Of a stretch of DNA of 64,000 nt, positions 53,526-63,808 are shown one piece after another. The notes below the pieces were generated by a model. The model was not told where the DNA came from, did no database searches, and saw only the letters and a program-made list of their open reading frames with translations. A program made the translations under genes and the position numbers. Source of the DNA: an uncultured Pseudomonadota bacterium (lineage in GTDB: Bacteria; Pseudomonadota; Alphaproteobacteria; RF32; CAG-239); contig CASFJS010000001.1 of the NCBI GenBank assembly GCA_949295085.1, positions 9,121 to 73,120 on the forward strand, read 5' to 3'. Every line of letters begins with the position of its first letter. The first letter of the stretch is position 1.

Positions 53526-56500
53526 CTAATTAAGTTTGTTAAGAGCTTTTGCCAAAACATAATACAAACGTCCGAGATCTGCCCCCGAAATAACAGCCAT
53601 CAAAGCTGCCGAATGCTCATTTTTCTTTGATTTATCAACCAAAGCCTCAAACTCGCTCATATATGTATTTACCAATTTGCGCAAATCGTCATTTTTTTCA
53701 AACTCTTTCCGCAATGCCGCAATCTGAGTACTTGTCATATTTTTGGCTATAGCCCGGATGAAGACTTCGGTATCTCCGTTATAAAACTTTTTCCATAAAT
53801 CTTCCTCATCTTTCGGATTAAGCAATCTGCTGATATCAACAGAAACACTTTCCAAGCGGTTAATAATTTTTCCGGCATCTTTAAGAAAAGTATCAACCTT
53901 AATGTCTTTATAGGCTGCTGTTAACCCTTTCATGGCTTTCTCGGCCTTAAGGGCGTTTTCGCTCAAAGTTTTGGTCTGAATATTAACCGTATCGTTAAAG
54001 CGCAGACTTTCTTTGACAATTTCCTGTCCTTGAGTCTCAAAAGCCTTTCCGGCATCAACCAAATTGCTGATACACTTTTCCACCTTATTTGTCGTATCAT
54101 CGGCCAGCGCCGTTAACGCCTGAGATTGCTTAACAAACACCTCGCCGGAAGACAAAATCGTATTTGAAATACGCTCGGCATTGGCCGCAATCTCGTTAAC
54201 GGAAGCCCTGAGCTTGTCGCCGGATTTTTCCAAATGTGTCGCACTGAGCCTGGCCGCATCCTCCATCTCCAGTCCCAGCTTTTTAAGATCTTTACCCAAG
54301 CTGCTTACTTTGTCATAAGCATCATTGGCCCTTTCTGCCAATTGATTTGAGGTATCGCTCAAAACCGTATTAAAGCAATCAACAAGTTTTTTGGTATCAT
54401 CAGAAATTTTAACCATCTTATCGCTTTGTGCCGAGATCAAATGATTAATCTCAACCACGCCGGTTGAAGTCTCAGCCGTCACGGTATTAAATCCGGCAAT
54501 GTATTTTTCATATTCATTAAATACCCCGCCGATATTCTCAACCGAATGAAAAATCGTGGTATCCAAATCTTCGCTGCATTGGCTGAGGCGTAAACTGACC
54601 TGATCAATGTTTTTGACGGAATCTTTTGAGGCCTTATTAATCGCGTCACATGCTTTTAACAAGCGATCACCCAACACGTCAAATTCATAAGAAAGCTTGT
54701 TGGTAGCCTCAAAAATACCATTGGTGTTATCTTTAAATCCCGCATTGATTTCCTGTATTTTTGCCGCCGTTTCAACCGTTGCGTCGGTCAAATATTTATA
54801 TTGTTGTGCCAAAGATGCCTCGCCGAGACGAGCCTGAGTAGCCAGATTATTGACCACCTCGGATATATTGTTTTTCTGACTTTCCAGCATTCCGGCAATA
54901 CTCTCGCCCTGTGAAGCCAGTTTAACTCCGATTGTCTCCATATACTTGGTCTGTTCATTCATCTTTTGCCACAAATTATCATTATCTTTGGCCAAACTCT
55001 GATAAAGATCTTTAAGCCTGGTCGAACTGCCGCTGATTTGTTGTACCATATCGCCGACATTATCTTTCATCATGGCCACGGTCGTATTAAAACCGGCCAA
55101 ATGCTCATCGATTGTGGTATTAACGCTTCCGAGTTTATTAATTGCCTCATCAACGACTTTTTCGGTCTGTTGGTGTTTGTTTGTCAGCATCTTTTCAATA
55201 TCGGCCAATTCTTGAATTGATTTTTGAGAATTTGCCACAACCGTTTCGGCGCGGCGACCGGTATCTTCTTCCAAAATAACTAATCTGGCAAACAATTTAT
55301 CGGCACTTTCTTCAATACCTGACATTTGTTTTTTCAAAATATCGGCCATTTTATTTGTATTTTCCGAAATTTTATCACAATAGGCATAAAAATCGGCCTC
55401 CTGCTGCCGGAACAAAATATTAAGATTTGCTGTTTTTTCATCCAAGCCCGAAGCCACTTCACTGATATATTTGGCCGCAGATTGTGAAATATCGCTGATA
55501 TTGATACTCTTAGCTTCAAAATCGCTGATTGATTTATTCAATATGGTTTCAGAGTTGGCCGTTGTTTCGTTGAGTTTTTGCGTCTGTTCCACCAGTGTTT
55601 TATTAATTTGTTCACTGACGCTGCCGATATGCGTCGCCAAAGCCTCCATATTTTGCGCCTGTTTGGTCAAAATATCTTCAAATTGTGTAACTTTTGCCAA
55701 AGTCTTATTGGCCGAGGTATCAAACACGCCGGCCTGCTCGGCCAAATTACTGTTAATGCTCTGGCTTTTGGCAATGGCATCATTACATTGCCCCAGCATT
55801 TTAGCGATATTTGATTTCAACAGCTCCAGAGTATTAACCGCATCTCTTTCCAGACTCCCCGACGCTGTTGACAATTCGTCTATCTGTCGTTTCAGCTCGT
55901 TTTTAATTTCTTCAACCCTTGCGGCCGTATCGGTAATATGTTTCTGCTGCTGAGCCAGCGATGCTTCGCTGATTTGACTCTGTGTTACCACAATGGATGA
56001 TGCCTCTGTCAGATTATTGGTGTATTTTTGCATCAACCCGCTAATCTGATTCATGCTTTCAACCGATTGGGCCGTCTGCACCATCAGGTTTTCCGTTGCG
56101 GTATTAATCCCCTTTCCGACTTCCTGCAACTGATTCATCCCGGCGGCAACGGATTTCTGCAAATTATCATAACGTTTATGAATAACATCGGTTAAATCAA
56201 CAATTTTATTAACACCGTCATGACTGATACGCTCAAAATCGGAAGTCTTTTCCTGCAACGTTCCGACATAAGACAGAATATCGCTGTTGGCAGCCAAAAC
56301 TTTTTCGTCCAGAGACGCAATATTGGCATTCAACGCCGTTTCAACTTCTTGCATGGAAGCAACCACCTTATCCGAAACACCGTTTAAATTTGAAACCTGC
56401 AAGGCCACGGCATCTTCCAGATTAGAGCTCCGCACCATGAGCCGGTCCAGCTCTTGGGCAATCATCTCGCCATGCGCCGTAAACTTTTTACTGACGCCGT

Positions 56501-57704
56501 CCGTTTTTTCTTCCAACACTTTCACTAAAGAAACAATATCTTTATTACGTTTGGCCAACGCCTCATTCACTTTTTGAATCTGCAAATCAATCGTGTCATC
56601 AATATTGTTCATGCTGTTTTTGAGGTTGTTGTTGATAATACCGATATTGGCCACGGCCGATTTGGTAATTTCCTCCGTCTTGTCTTTAGCTTCTTTGGCA
56701 GCAGCTTCCAACACCTGATAAAGCTGTTGATTATGTTTTTGCAACGCATCGTCAAGACTGGTTATTTCTTTGCTTGTCGTCTCTTTCAAATTTTCACACT
56801 TATTAACCGCCGCATCGGCAGCTTGCCGGAGTTGTGATGTCTGAGCCGTAAGCATATTATGCACGGCATTAAACGTCACATTGGCTCGTTCGACAAAGTT
56901 TTTTAAATTTTCCCCGGTCTTTGCGGCATCTTCGGCCGAACCGGACAATATGGTTTTAAAATCTTCGGATGTCTGCTTAATTTCCCGCAGCGACGGCAAC
57001 AATCTTTCAAATACATCTTTGAGCGAATTTTCCAAATTGTTACCGCCGGAAATAAATTCCTGATTGATTTTGGCAAAATTTTGCGTTGAATCTTGAGCCT
57101 TGTTCAACAAATTTTCAAAATTAGCCATCAAAAATTTAACCCCCTCGCTCAATTCGACAATAGTCTTTGACGAGTAATTATCCAAAGTCCCTATCAACTT
57201 GGCAAACTCATCAATGTTTCCTTTAATGGAATCCTTAATTTTTGATGTTTGCTCATGTGCCAGCTTGGAAACCTGCTGCAGCTCCACAACTTGCGAACGA
57301 ATGGCATCTGCCATGGCTTTAGCCGTCTGCGGGGCACCCTCCTCCGGGTAAACAAGCTGATTCATATAAGCGCGCAAAAACTTCGCTTCATGCTTAAACG
57401 ACGTTCCCCTGTCAATATAAGCCATCACCACCCAGATAATAGCCAGAGGCAAGGTCACACCGGCCAAAAAGCCGCCAAACTCATCCGGCATCATCAAAAA
57501 TAAATTTGACCATCCGAAAAACTGCGTAATATAGATTAACACAATGGCAAACCATACCACGCTGACACTAATCATCAGCTTATGCAGATTGTTATTCAAC
57601 CATGATTCCGGTTCTTCAATCTCCGCCGGAGGTGTATTTTCTTTCATAAATTGCGGCAAAACCGTAACATTACCGTCGGTCGTCTTGGCAGCTCTCTCGG
57701 ACAT
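53526..57704 (-). CDS. giant membrane-anchored alpha-helical/coiled-coil protein (1,392 aa from ATG 57704)
   Basis: The track ORF starts at TTG 57737, and I trimmed it to MSERAAKTTDG. Numbering below follows the 1403-aa track ORF. Two or three TM helices lie at aa ~55-108. About 1,150 aa of heptad-like, Q/N/E/K/S/T-rich sequence follows, with internally duplicated motifs. The globular-looking C-terminal ~110 aa includes DLWKKFYNGDTEVF... Confidence 0.8.
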   Translation of the reverse strand: MSERAAKTTDGNVTVLPQFMKENTPPAEIEEPESWLNNNLHKLMISVSVVWFAIVLIYITQFFGWSNLFLMMPDEFGGFLAGVTLPLAIIWVVMAYIDRGTSFKHEAKFLRAYMNQLVYPEEGAPQTAKAMADAIRSQVVELQQVSKLAHEQTSKIKDSIKGNIDEFAKLIGTLDNYSSKTIVELSEGVKFLMANFENLLNKAQDSTQNFAKINQEFISGGNNLENSLKDVFERLLPSLREIKQTSEDFKTILSGSAEDAAKTGENLKNFVERANVTFNAVHNMLTAQTSQLRQAADAAVNKCENLKETTSKEITSLDDALQKHNQQLYQVLEAAAKEAKDKTEEITKSAVANIGIINNNLKNSMNNIDDTIDLQIQKVNEALAKRNKDIVSLVKVLEEKTDGVSKKFTAHGEMIAQELDRLMVRSSNLEDAVALQVSNLNGVSDKVVASMQEVETALNANIASLDEKVLAANSDILSYVGTLQEKTSDFERISHDGVNKIVDLTDVIHKRYDNLQKSVAAGMNQLQEVGKGINTATENLMVQTAQSVESMNQISGLMQKYTNNLTEASSIVVTQSQISEASLAQQQKHITDTAARVEEIKNELKRQIDELSTASGSLERDAVNTLELLKSNIAKMLGQCNDAIAKSQSINSNLAEQAGVFDTSANKTLAKVTQFEDILTKQAQNMEALATHIGSVSEQINKTLVEQTQKLNETTANSETILNKSISDFEAKSINISDISQSAAKYISEVASGLDEKTANLNILFRQQEADFYAYCDKISENTNKMADILKKQMSGIEESADKLFARLVILEEDTGRRAETVVANSQKSIQELADIEKMLTNKHQQTEKVVDEAINKLGSVNTTIDEHLAGFNTTVAMMKDNVGDMVQQISGSSTRLKDLYQSLAKDNDNLWQKMNEQTKYMETIGVKLASQGESIAGMLESQKNNISEVVNNLATQARLGEASLAQQYKYLTDATVETAAKIQEINAGFKDNTNGIFEATNKLSYEFDVLGDRLLKACDAINKASKDSVKNIDQVSLRLSQCSEDLDTTIFHSVENIGGVFNEYEKYIAGFNTVTAETSTGVVEINHLISAQSDKMVKISDDTKKLVDCFNTVLSDTSNQLAERANDAYDKVSSLGKDLKKLGLEMEDAARLSATHLEKSGDKLRASVNEIAANAERISNTILSSGEVFVKQSQALTALADDTTNKVEKCISNLVDAGKAFETQGQEIVKESLRFNDTVNIQTKTLSENALKAEKAMKGLTAAYKDIKVDTFLKDAGKIINRLESVSVDISRLLNPKDEEDLWKKFYNGDTEVFIRAIAKNMTSTQIAALRKEFEKNDDLRKLVNTYMSEFEALVDKSKKNEHSAALMAVISGADLGRLYYVLAKALNKLN

Positions 57705-57761
57705 CCGATATATTCCCCATACAAATAAATTCCCCAAAGCCCACCATCAGGCTCCGGGGTT

Positions 57762-57789
57762 ATTATAAGCACAAATTTTAAAATTGGAA
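57762..57789 (-). promoter_or_regulatory. putative promoter of the giant gene
   Basis: Minus strand: TTCCAA (57789-57784), 16-nt spacer, TATAAT (57767-57762), about 55 nt upstream of ATG 57704. Confidence 0.35.
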
Positions 57790-57830
57790 ACACAATCAGC
57801 CGAAAGATATCGTTTATCCACAAGGAATAT

Positions 57831-58010
57831 TTAATTTTCTTCCTGTTTTTTCAAAAGATACAACAGCTTTTGCAGGGCTCTGGCCTGCATTTGTTCTTCT
57901 GGCAGATCCGCGGGCACCACAACAACAGCTTCAACACCGGTATCCGGCTCAATGGCCGTAACTCTGACCGAAGCCCCGTGTCGCATATATTCAAACAAAA
58001 CCTTTGACAT
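57831..58010 (-). CDS. small hypothetical protein (59 aa)
   Basis: Trimmed to MSKVLFEYMRHGASVRVTAIEPDTGVEAVVVVP. It lies immediately after parC, and the longer GTG form overlaps the parC stop. Confidence 0.5.
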   Translation of the reverse strand: MSKVLFEYMRHGASVRVTAIEPDTGVEAVVVVPADLPEEQMQARALQKLLYLLKKQEEN

Positions 58011-58015
58011 CTGCC

Positions 58016-60238
58016 TCACTTCAAAAATTTATTATCCTTTGAAAATCCGAAAGGCGCCAATTTTCCGACCTGTGCCCGATGTCCGAGCCATGTCAGCAAA
58101 TCCTTTTCCACGCTGATACCGCCGGATCGGCTGTAACTGAAACCGTCCGCTTCGTTAAAGAACTGGATATCGCTCAATCCGCCGTCTTTATACTTTTGCA
58201 AGCAAACACCGCGTCCCCGGGCAATTGTCGGAATTTCTTCCGTTTTAAAGACCAATATTTTCCGGTTGTCGCCAATCATGGCGACCATATTGCCCGTAAC
58301 TTTCTTACAAAACATTGTTTTTTCGCCTTCAACGACGTTCATAATTTTTCGCCCTTGCCTTGTTTGGGCTGTCAAATGGTTTTCATCGACAATAAACCCG
58401 TAGCCCTTATCGGTCGCAACCAAATAATCTGCTCCGGGCTCAAAAACAAACATTTCGGTCACGGTATCCGTATTGCCCAAATCAATCATCAACCGCAGCG
58501 GTTGGCCGAACCCCCGTCCGGATGGAATATCACAGGCATTGATATTAAAGAATTTTCCGGCGGTATCAAACAACACAATTTTATCGGTTGTCTGAGCATG
58601 AATGGCTTTGAGCAGCCTGTCATCATCCTTAAACTTAAATTCATCGGTTAAAGAAGCGTACCCTTTCATACAGCGTATCCAGCCTTTTTCCGATAAAATA
58701 ACCGTTATCGGTTCTTTTTCAACCAATGCCTCTATGGAAATATCAATATTATCAACATCAAGTTCGGCAAATTCTGTTCGGCGCCGTCCCAAAGCCGTCT
58801 TTTTACCGAATTTCTCTCTAATGTTCTTAATTTCTTCGGCCACTTTCTGCCAACGTTTGCTTTCATCGGCCAACAAAGCGTCAAGCTCGGCCTTTTCGGC
58901 CGTCAATTCGTCAAACTCCCGCCGAATATCGGCTTCTTCAAGTTTGCGCAGATTCCTGAGTTTCATGTTAAGGATAGATTCGGCTTGCACATCGGTTAAT
59001 GAAAACCGCTCTGCCAACACGACCTTAGGCTCGTCTTCTTCACGAATAATCCGAATAATCTCGTCTATATTGAGATAGGCAATCAAATAGCCGGATAAAA
59101 TTTCCAACCGGTTGACAATCTTCATCAGCCGGTATCCCGAACGCCGCTCCAGCACTTTCAGCCGATGGTTCAAAAATTCGCGCAAAACCTCGGCGATACT
59201 CATAACCCTCGGCACGCCGTCAGAATCCAACACATTCATATTCATGTTGAATTTTGCTTCCAGCTCGGTATTTTTAAACAACAGTTCCATCAGCATATTA
59301 GCGTCGACATTGCGGTTTTTAGGCTCCAGCACAATTCGGACATCCTGCGCCGATTCATCACGCACGTCATTTAAAAGCGGCAGCTTTTTTTCTTGCAACA
59401 ACAACGCAATTTTTTCAATTAACTTTGATTTGACAACCTGATAAGGTATCTCTGTAACCACAATCTGATACTGCCCCATACCGAGGTCTTCTTTTTGCCA
59501 TTTGGCGCGGACACGAAAATTACCTTTTCCCGTGGTATAAGCATCCAAAATCGTTGCAAACTTATCAACAACAACACCGCCGGTCGGAAAATCCGGCCCT
59601 TTGATTTTGCGCACCAGACTTTCAACCGTCACATCCGGCTTTTCAATCATCAAAAGCAGTGCGTCACACACTTCCGCCAGATTATGCGGCGGAATATTGG
59701 TCGCCATACCGACGGCAATACCGCTTGAACCGTTGCATAACAAATTCGGTACCGCTCCGGGCATCACCACGGGCTCTTGTTCTTCGCCGTCATAAGTATC
59801 TCTGAAATCAACCGCATTTTCATTCAAGCCTTCCATCAATGCCATGGCAAATTCGGTCAGTCTGGCCTCGGTATAGCGCATAGCGGCCGGACTGTCTCCG
59901 TCAATATTACCAAAGTTCCCCTGCCCGTCCACCAACGGATAGCGCACCGAAAAATCCTGTGCCAAACGACACATGGCGCCATAAACGGCGCTGTCGCCGT
60001 GCGGGTGGTATTTACCGATAACATCGCCGACTACTCGAGCGCATTTTTTAAAACCGGACTTCGGATCCAGATGTAATTGGCGCATTGCATACAACAGGCG
60101 GCGGTGCACCGGTTTTAGGCCGTCGCGCACATCCGGCAGCGACCGCGCAACAATGGTTGACATTGCATAAGACAAATAGCGGCTGCTTAATTCCTCGGCC
60201 AAAGCCACGTTTTTTACTTTTTCATCTGTTTGAGGCAT
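58016..60238 (-). CDS. parC: DNA topoisomerase IV subunit A
   Basis: [19 protein letters not shown], with active-site Tyr region [10 protein letters not shown]. 740 aa with a ParC-type C-terminal beta-pinwheel. Confidence 0.93.
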   Translation of the reverse strand: MPQTDEKVKNVALAEELSSRYLSYAMSTIVARSLPDVRDGLKPVHRRLLYAMRQLHLDPKSGFKKCARVVGDVIGKYHPHGDSAVYGAMCRLAQDFSVRYPLVDGQGNFGNIDGDSPAAMRYTEARLTEFAMALMEGLNENAVDFRDTYDGEEQEPVVMPGAVPNLLCNGSSGIAVGMATNIPPHNLAEVCDALLLMIEKPDVTVESLVRKIKGPDFPTGGVVVDKFATILDAYTTGKGNFRVRAKWQKEDLGMGQYQIVVTEIPYQVVKSKLIEKIALLLQEKKLPLLNDVRDESAQDVRIVLEPKNRNVDANMLMELLFKNTELEAKFNMNMNVLDSDGVPRVMSIAEVLREFLNHRLKVLERRSGYRLMKIVNRLEILSGYLIAYLNIDEIIRIIREEDEPKVVLAERFSLTDVQAESILNMKLRNLRKLEEADIRREFDELTAEKAELDALLADESKRWQKVAEEIKNIREKFGKKTALGRRRTEFAELDVDNIDISIEALVEKEPITVILSEKGWIRCMKGYASLTDEFKFKDDDRLLKAIHAQTTDKIVLFDTAGKFFNINACDIPSGRGFGQPLRLMIDLGNTDTVTEMFVFEPGADYLVATDKGYGFIVDENHLTAQTRQGRKIMNVVEGEKTMFCKKVTGNMVAMIGDNRKILVFKTEEIPTIARGRGVCLQKYKDGGLSDIQFFNEADGFSYSRSGGISVEKDLLTWLGHRAQVGKLAPFGFSKDNKFLK

Positions 60239-60966
60239 TGATATTCCTGAGTTTTCTTAACAATTTCTGCCAAATTAGCACGACAATCCGGAAATTTCAA
60301 GTTATGAATTACAAAAAAATTTTTATTGAGGAAAAACTCTGTCATTCTCAGCAAATCAGCGGTTTCTGCGGCCTCCGGATGGTAATTTTGTTCAACAATA
60401 AAGTACGGATACAAAAACAACCGGCTGCGGTAGGGTTCGCCGGCTTCCCGGCACACGGCCCGTCCGGTTTTGGGCGACACAAAGGCAAGGTTTTCCGTTG
60501 TTCCCGTTGCCGAACATTCGCTCAAATCCAGCCCCACCCCCAAAAATTCAAGAAGATAAAATTCAAAGAAACAATAATGTGTTAACCAGTTATCTTCACC
60601 TATAAGATTAACAAAACTCTCGGCAAAATAATAAAATCTGTCCAACGGCTGCAGCTCCGGCAGACATTGATTACACAGGGCGCAAAAACATGACAAAACC
60701 CGCAATTTGTCGGCATTATTCAAAAAATTAACCGCATAAGGCACCAACAATTCCACCTTAAGCGACAACATATTGTCATCCACCCGCGACCAGGCATCAA
60801 TTTTAACTTTATTTCCGGGTTGAAAAACCGCCAATGTCTTTTTATTGAGGCCCGATCTGACATAACCGCACACCTTGCCGTATTCTTTGCATAAAACGGT
60901 CAAAATAAGCGAATTTTCGCCGTGTTTGCGGCAATGAATGATATAGCCCTCGTCAACAAATTTCAT
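60214..60966 (-). CDS. recO: DNA repair protein RecO
   Basis: N-terminal OB-fold signature [25 protein letters not shown], 250 aa, and a family-typical position. Overlaps the parC start by 25 nt. Confidence 0.8.
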   Translation of the reverse strand: MKFVDEGYIIHCRKHGENSLILTVLCKEYGKVCGYVRSGLNKKTLAVFQPGNKVKIDAWSRVDDNMLSLKVELLVPYAVNFLNNADKLRVLSCFCALCNQCLPELQPLDRFYYFAESFVNLIGEDNWLTHYCFFEFYLLEFLGVGLDLSECSATGTTENLAFVSPKTGRAVCREAGEPYRSRLFLYPYFIVEQNYHPEAAETADLLRMTEFFLNKNFFVIHNLKFPDCRANLAEIVKKTQEYQCLKQMKK

Positions 60967-61025
60967 ACCTTAAGCCATATCATTAACCTTATGTTTCGTC
61001 AATCATCCGAAGATATTAATCAACC

Positions 61026-61065
61026 AAAAAGAAAGCTCCGAATCATACAATCGGAGCCGTTTTTG
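61026..61065 (-). terminator. rho-independent terminator of kdsA
   Basis: Minus strand: gctccga-ttgtatgat-tcggagc followed by TTTCTTTTT. Confidence 0.6.
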
Positions 61066-61081
61066 AACCATAAAGCCGCTG

Positions 61082-62011
61082 TCAGGCTGTTTTTTTACCC
61101 TCTTTCTGCGCCTGTATGGCCTGATAAGCCGCGCCAAAATCAGCCAGATTAGAGGCTGTTTCGCTGTAATAATCCGTAATTTTTGATTTTGTAATCAAAT
61201 CATACTCTTTCAAATACGCCAAAATCGGTTTCATATCCTTAAGAGCAATGGTATTCGGTCCGTCAGATAAAGCCTTGTCGGGGTTTTCGTGGGTTTCAAA
61301 AAACAACCCGCCGACTCCGGCTGCAATTGCCGCTCTGGCCAATACCGGAGCCAATTCCCGATTACCTCCGGTAGATGTTCCCAACCCGCCGGGTTTTTGC
61401 ACCGAATGCGTCGCGTCAAAAATAACCGGACACCCGGTTGTCTTGGCCATAACGGAAAAACCCGTCATATCCACCACCAATGTATGATACCCGAACGAAA
61501 CGCCGCGCTCAGTCAGGCAGACTTGTTCATTACCGGCATCCAAGCATTTCTGCACCGCGTTTTTCATATCTTCCGGCGCCAAAAACTGGCCTTTTTTGAT
61601 ATTGATAACTTTTCCGGTCTTGGCTGCGGCCACCACCAAATCGGTCTGCCGACACAAAAACGCCGGAATTTGCAACATATCAACATGCTGAGCAACCTCG
61701 GCACATTGCCACGGCTCATGCACATCGGTCACAATCGGAATATTATTATAAAGCTTTTTAATTTCGTCAAAAGTTTCCATCCCTTTTTCGAGACCGACAC
61801 CGCGCGCGCCACGAATTGACGAGCGATTGGCTTTGTCAAACGAGGCCTTAAAGACATAAGGAATATCCAACTCTTTGGTAATCTCGCACATCGCGCCGCA
61901 AATATCCGCGGCGTGTTGCTTACTCTCAATCTGACACGGTCCGCACAACAAAGAAAAAGCCTTGCGGTTATTAATTTCAATCTGCCCTATTCGAACACTT
62001 TTTTGTTCCAT
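61082..62011 (-). CDS. kdsA: 3-deoxy-8-phosphooctulonate synthase
   Basis: FKASFDKANRSS, QIPAFLCRQTDL and DATHSVQ. It carries a ~30-aa C-terminal extension beyond the usual length. Confidence 0.92.
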   Translation of the reverse strand: MEQKSVRIGQIEINNRKAFSLLCGPCQIESKQHAADICGAMCEITKELDIPYVFKASFDKANRSSIRGARGVGLEKGMETFDEIKKLYNNIPIVTDVHEPWQCAEVAQHVDMLQIPAFLCRQTDLVVAAAKTGKVINIKKGQFLAPEDMKNAVQKCLDAGNEQVCLTERGVSFGYHTLVVDMTGFSVMAKTTGCPVIFDATHSVQKPGGLGTSTGGNRELAPVLARAAIAAGVGGLFFETHENPDKALSDGPNTIALKDMKPILAYLKEYDLITKSKITDYYSETASNLADFGAAYQAIQAQKEGKKTA

Positions 62012-62100
62012 CTTTTGCTTCCTTATAAAAGAAAGTTAACCCGACACTTTGTGTGTCTTTAGCACAAAATTCGACAAAAAACAAGTTTTTTTTTGCTTTT

Positions 62101-63282
62101 TCATGACCCGATAAAAATTTTAACCTTTTCCGCAAACCGATTCAAAACATCCGATTTCGGCGTATATTTTTCTTCAAAAGATTCTGCCGTCTGCCAACCG
62201 AGATCATCCATCACTTGTTTGACCTCTTTAACAACCCCCGGCCGCCAACCGTAGGAACCAAAAGCCAGTCCTTTCTTTCCCTTAGGCGCAAGGCCTTTCA
62301 TATAGGTCAAAAACGCCGCTACCCGCGGAAAGATTTGATTATTAAGTGTCGGTGTCCCGACCAAAACATATTCGGCATCCAAAACATCGGTCATAACGTC
62401 GGAAATATGCGTAACACCGAGGTTATATTTAACAACCGGAATATCGGCATCCTGAAATTCGGCCATCGCCACCTCCGCCAGTTTGGCCGTTGCGCCCCAC
62501 ATCGTGTCGTACACAACAACCGCTTTGCGAACGTTTTTGCCTTGTGCCCAGGTATCATACAGTCCCAAGATCTGCGCTACTTCGTCTTTGCCCGACCAAA
62601 TTAACCCGTGTGACGGCGCAATCATATCAATATCCAGTTTCATCTCACCTGCCGAGGCCAGGGCTTTCTCCGCCTGCGAACCGTAAGGCAGCAAAATATT
62701 GGCATAATAGCTTTTGGCGGCTTTAACCACCAAATCGTTCGGATAATCTTTGACAAACAACGCCTCAACGCACAAATGCTGACCAAAGCCGTCGTTGGGC
62801 AACAGTAACTTATCCTCGGCAACGTATGTCATCATTGAATCCGGCCAATGCAGCATCGGCGTCGTCAAAAAGCTCAAATTGCGTTTGCCGATATTAACCA
62901 CATCACCGGTCTTGATGATTTGATATTGCCAGTCGGTTGTGTCAAAATGCGCTTCCAGAGCCATTTTTCCGGCCGAATTGGTAATAATCACCGCCTGCGG
63001 TGCCAGCTTCATAATCTCGGGGATACTGCCGGAATGATCCTGTTCCACATGGTTGACCACCACATAACTGATTTTGCCGAAATCAACGATTGAGCGCACC
63101 CGCGCCAGTTGTTCCGCCGTCATATAACCTTTAACACCGTCCACCAGCGTGATTTTGTCATCCATAATCAGGTAGCTGTTATAAGTCGAGCCGTCCGGCG
63201 TGTTATAACCATGAAACTCCCGCAAATTCCAATCCCTGGCGCCGACCCAGTAAACGTCTTTTTTAATCTCAACCGCTTTCAT
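62101..63282 (-). CDS. fprA: flavodiiron protein (O2/NO reductase; metallo-beta-lactamase plus flavodoxin domains)
   Basis: Di-iron ligand motif HVEQDHSG, with a C-terminal flavodoxin-like domain (VVVYDTMWGAT). 393 aa. Confidence 0.9.
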   Translation of the reverse strand: MKAVEIKKDVYWVGARDWNLREFHGYNTPDGSTYNSYLIMDDKITLVDGVKGYMTAEQLARVRSIVDFGKISYVVVNHVEQDHSGSIPEIMKLAPQAVIITNSAGKMALEAHFDTTDWQYQIIKTGDVVNIGKRNLSFLTTPMLHWPDSMMTYVAEDKLLLPNDGFGQHLCVEALFVKDYPNDLVVKAAKSYYANILLPYGSQAEKALASAGEMKLDIDMIAPSHGLIWSGKDEVAQILGLYDTWAQGKNVRKAVVVYDTMWGATAKLAEVAMAEFQDADIPVVKYNLGVTHISDVMTDVLDAEYVLVGTPTLNNQIFPRVAAFLTYMKGLAPKGKKGLAFGSYGWRPGVVKEVKQVMDDLGWQTAESFEEKYTPKSDVLNRFAEKVKIFIGS

Positions 63283-63367
63283 TTTGCTCTACTCCTAAAA
63301 AAATTAAACTAAGCATTAACATAAACTTTTTATTTTGATTGACAAGATAAAATATTTTTATTAAAAA

Positions 63368-63382
63368 TGATAATCATTATTA
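63368..63382. promoter_or_regulatory. Fur-family (PerR/Fur) operator, 7-1-7 inverted repeat
   Basis: TGATAAT-C-ATTATTA matches 14 of the 15 positions of the classical TGATAATnATTATCA box. It lies in the divergent fprA<>perR intergenic region, downstream of a TTGACA at 63339-63344. Confidence 0.6.
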
Positions 63383-63401
63383 CTTTTATCAACAGGATAA
63401 T

Positions 63402-63788
63402 ATGAAATACTCAAAACAACGTGAATTGATATTGGAAACTTTGCGGCAAAATCCCTGCCACCCGACAGCGGAAACACTTTTTGCCCTTGTCCGGCAAAAA
63501 GACTCGTCCGTCAGTCTGGCCACGGTTTATCGCAATTTAAACCAGCTGGCTGCAAACGGCTTTATCCGCAAGCTGGAACATCTTGACAACGTTGCCCGCT
63601 TTGACCATAATCTGACAAAGCATTATCATTTTATTTGCTCAGAATGCGCCGCAGTCATGGATATCGACAGCGATATTGCCGCCGGTATCGAACAACGGCT
63701 GGCAGAGCAAACTGGCCTGGCAGTTGAATGCGCTGACATTTTCTTGCGCGGAATTTGCCCGAACTGCCTCAAACATAAAACTAACTGA
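63402..63788 (+). CDS. perR: Fur-family transcriptional regulator, PerR-like
   Basis: Winged-helix N-terminus (SLATVYRNL), HYHFICSEC and CPNC metal sites. The gene is flanked by peroxide/oxygen detoxification genes. Confidence 0.85.
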   Translation: MKYSKQRELILETLRQNPCHPTAETLFALVRQKDSSVSLATVYRNLNQLAANGFIRKLEHLDNVARFDHNLTKHYHFICSECAAVMDIDSDIAAGIEQRLAEQTGLAVECADIFLRGICPNCLKHKTN

Positions 63789-63808
63789 TATCTGAAAAGG
63801 AGAAAATC

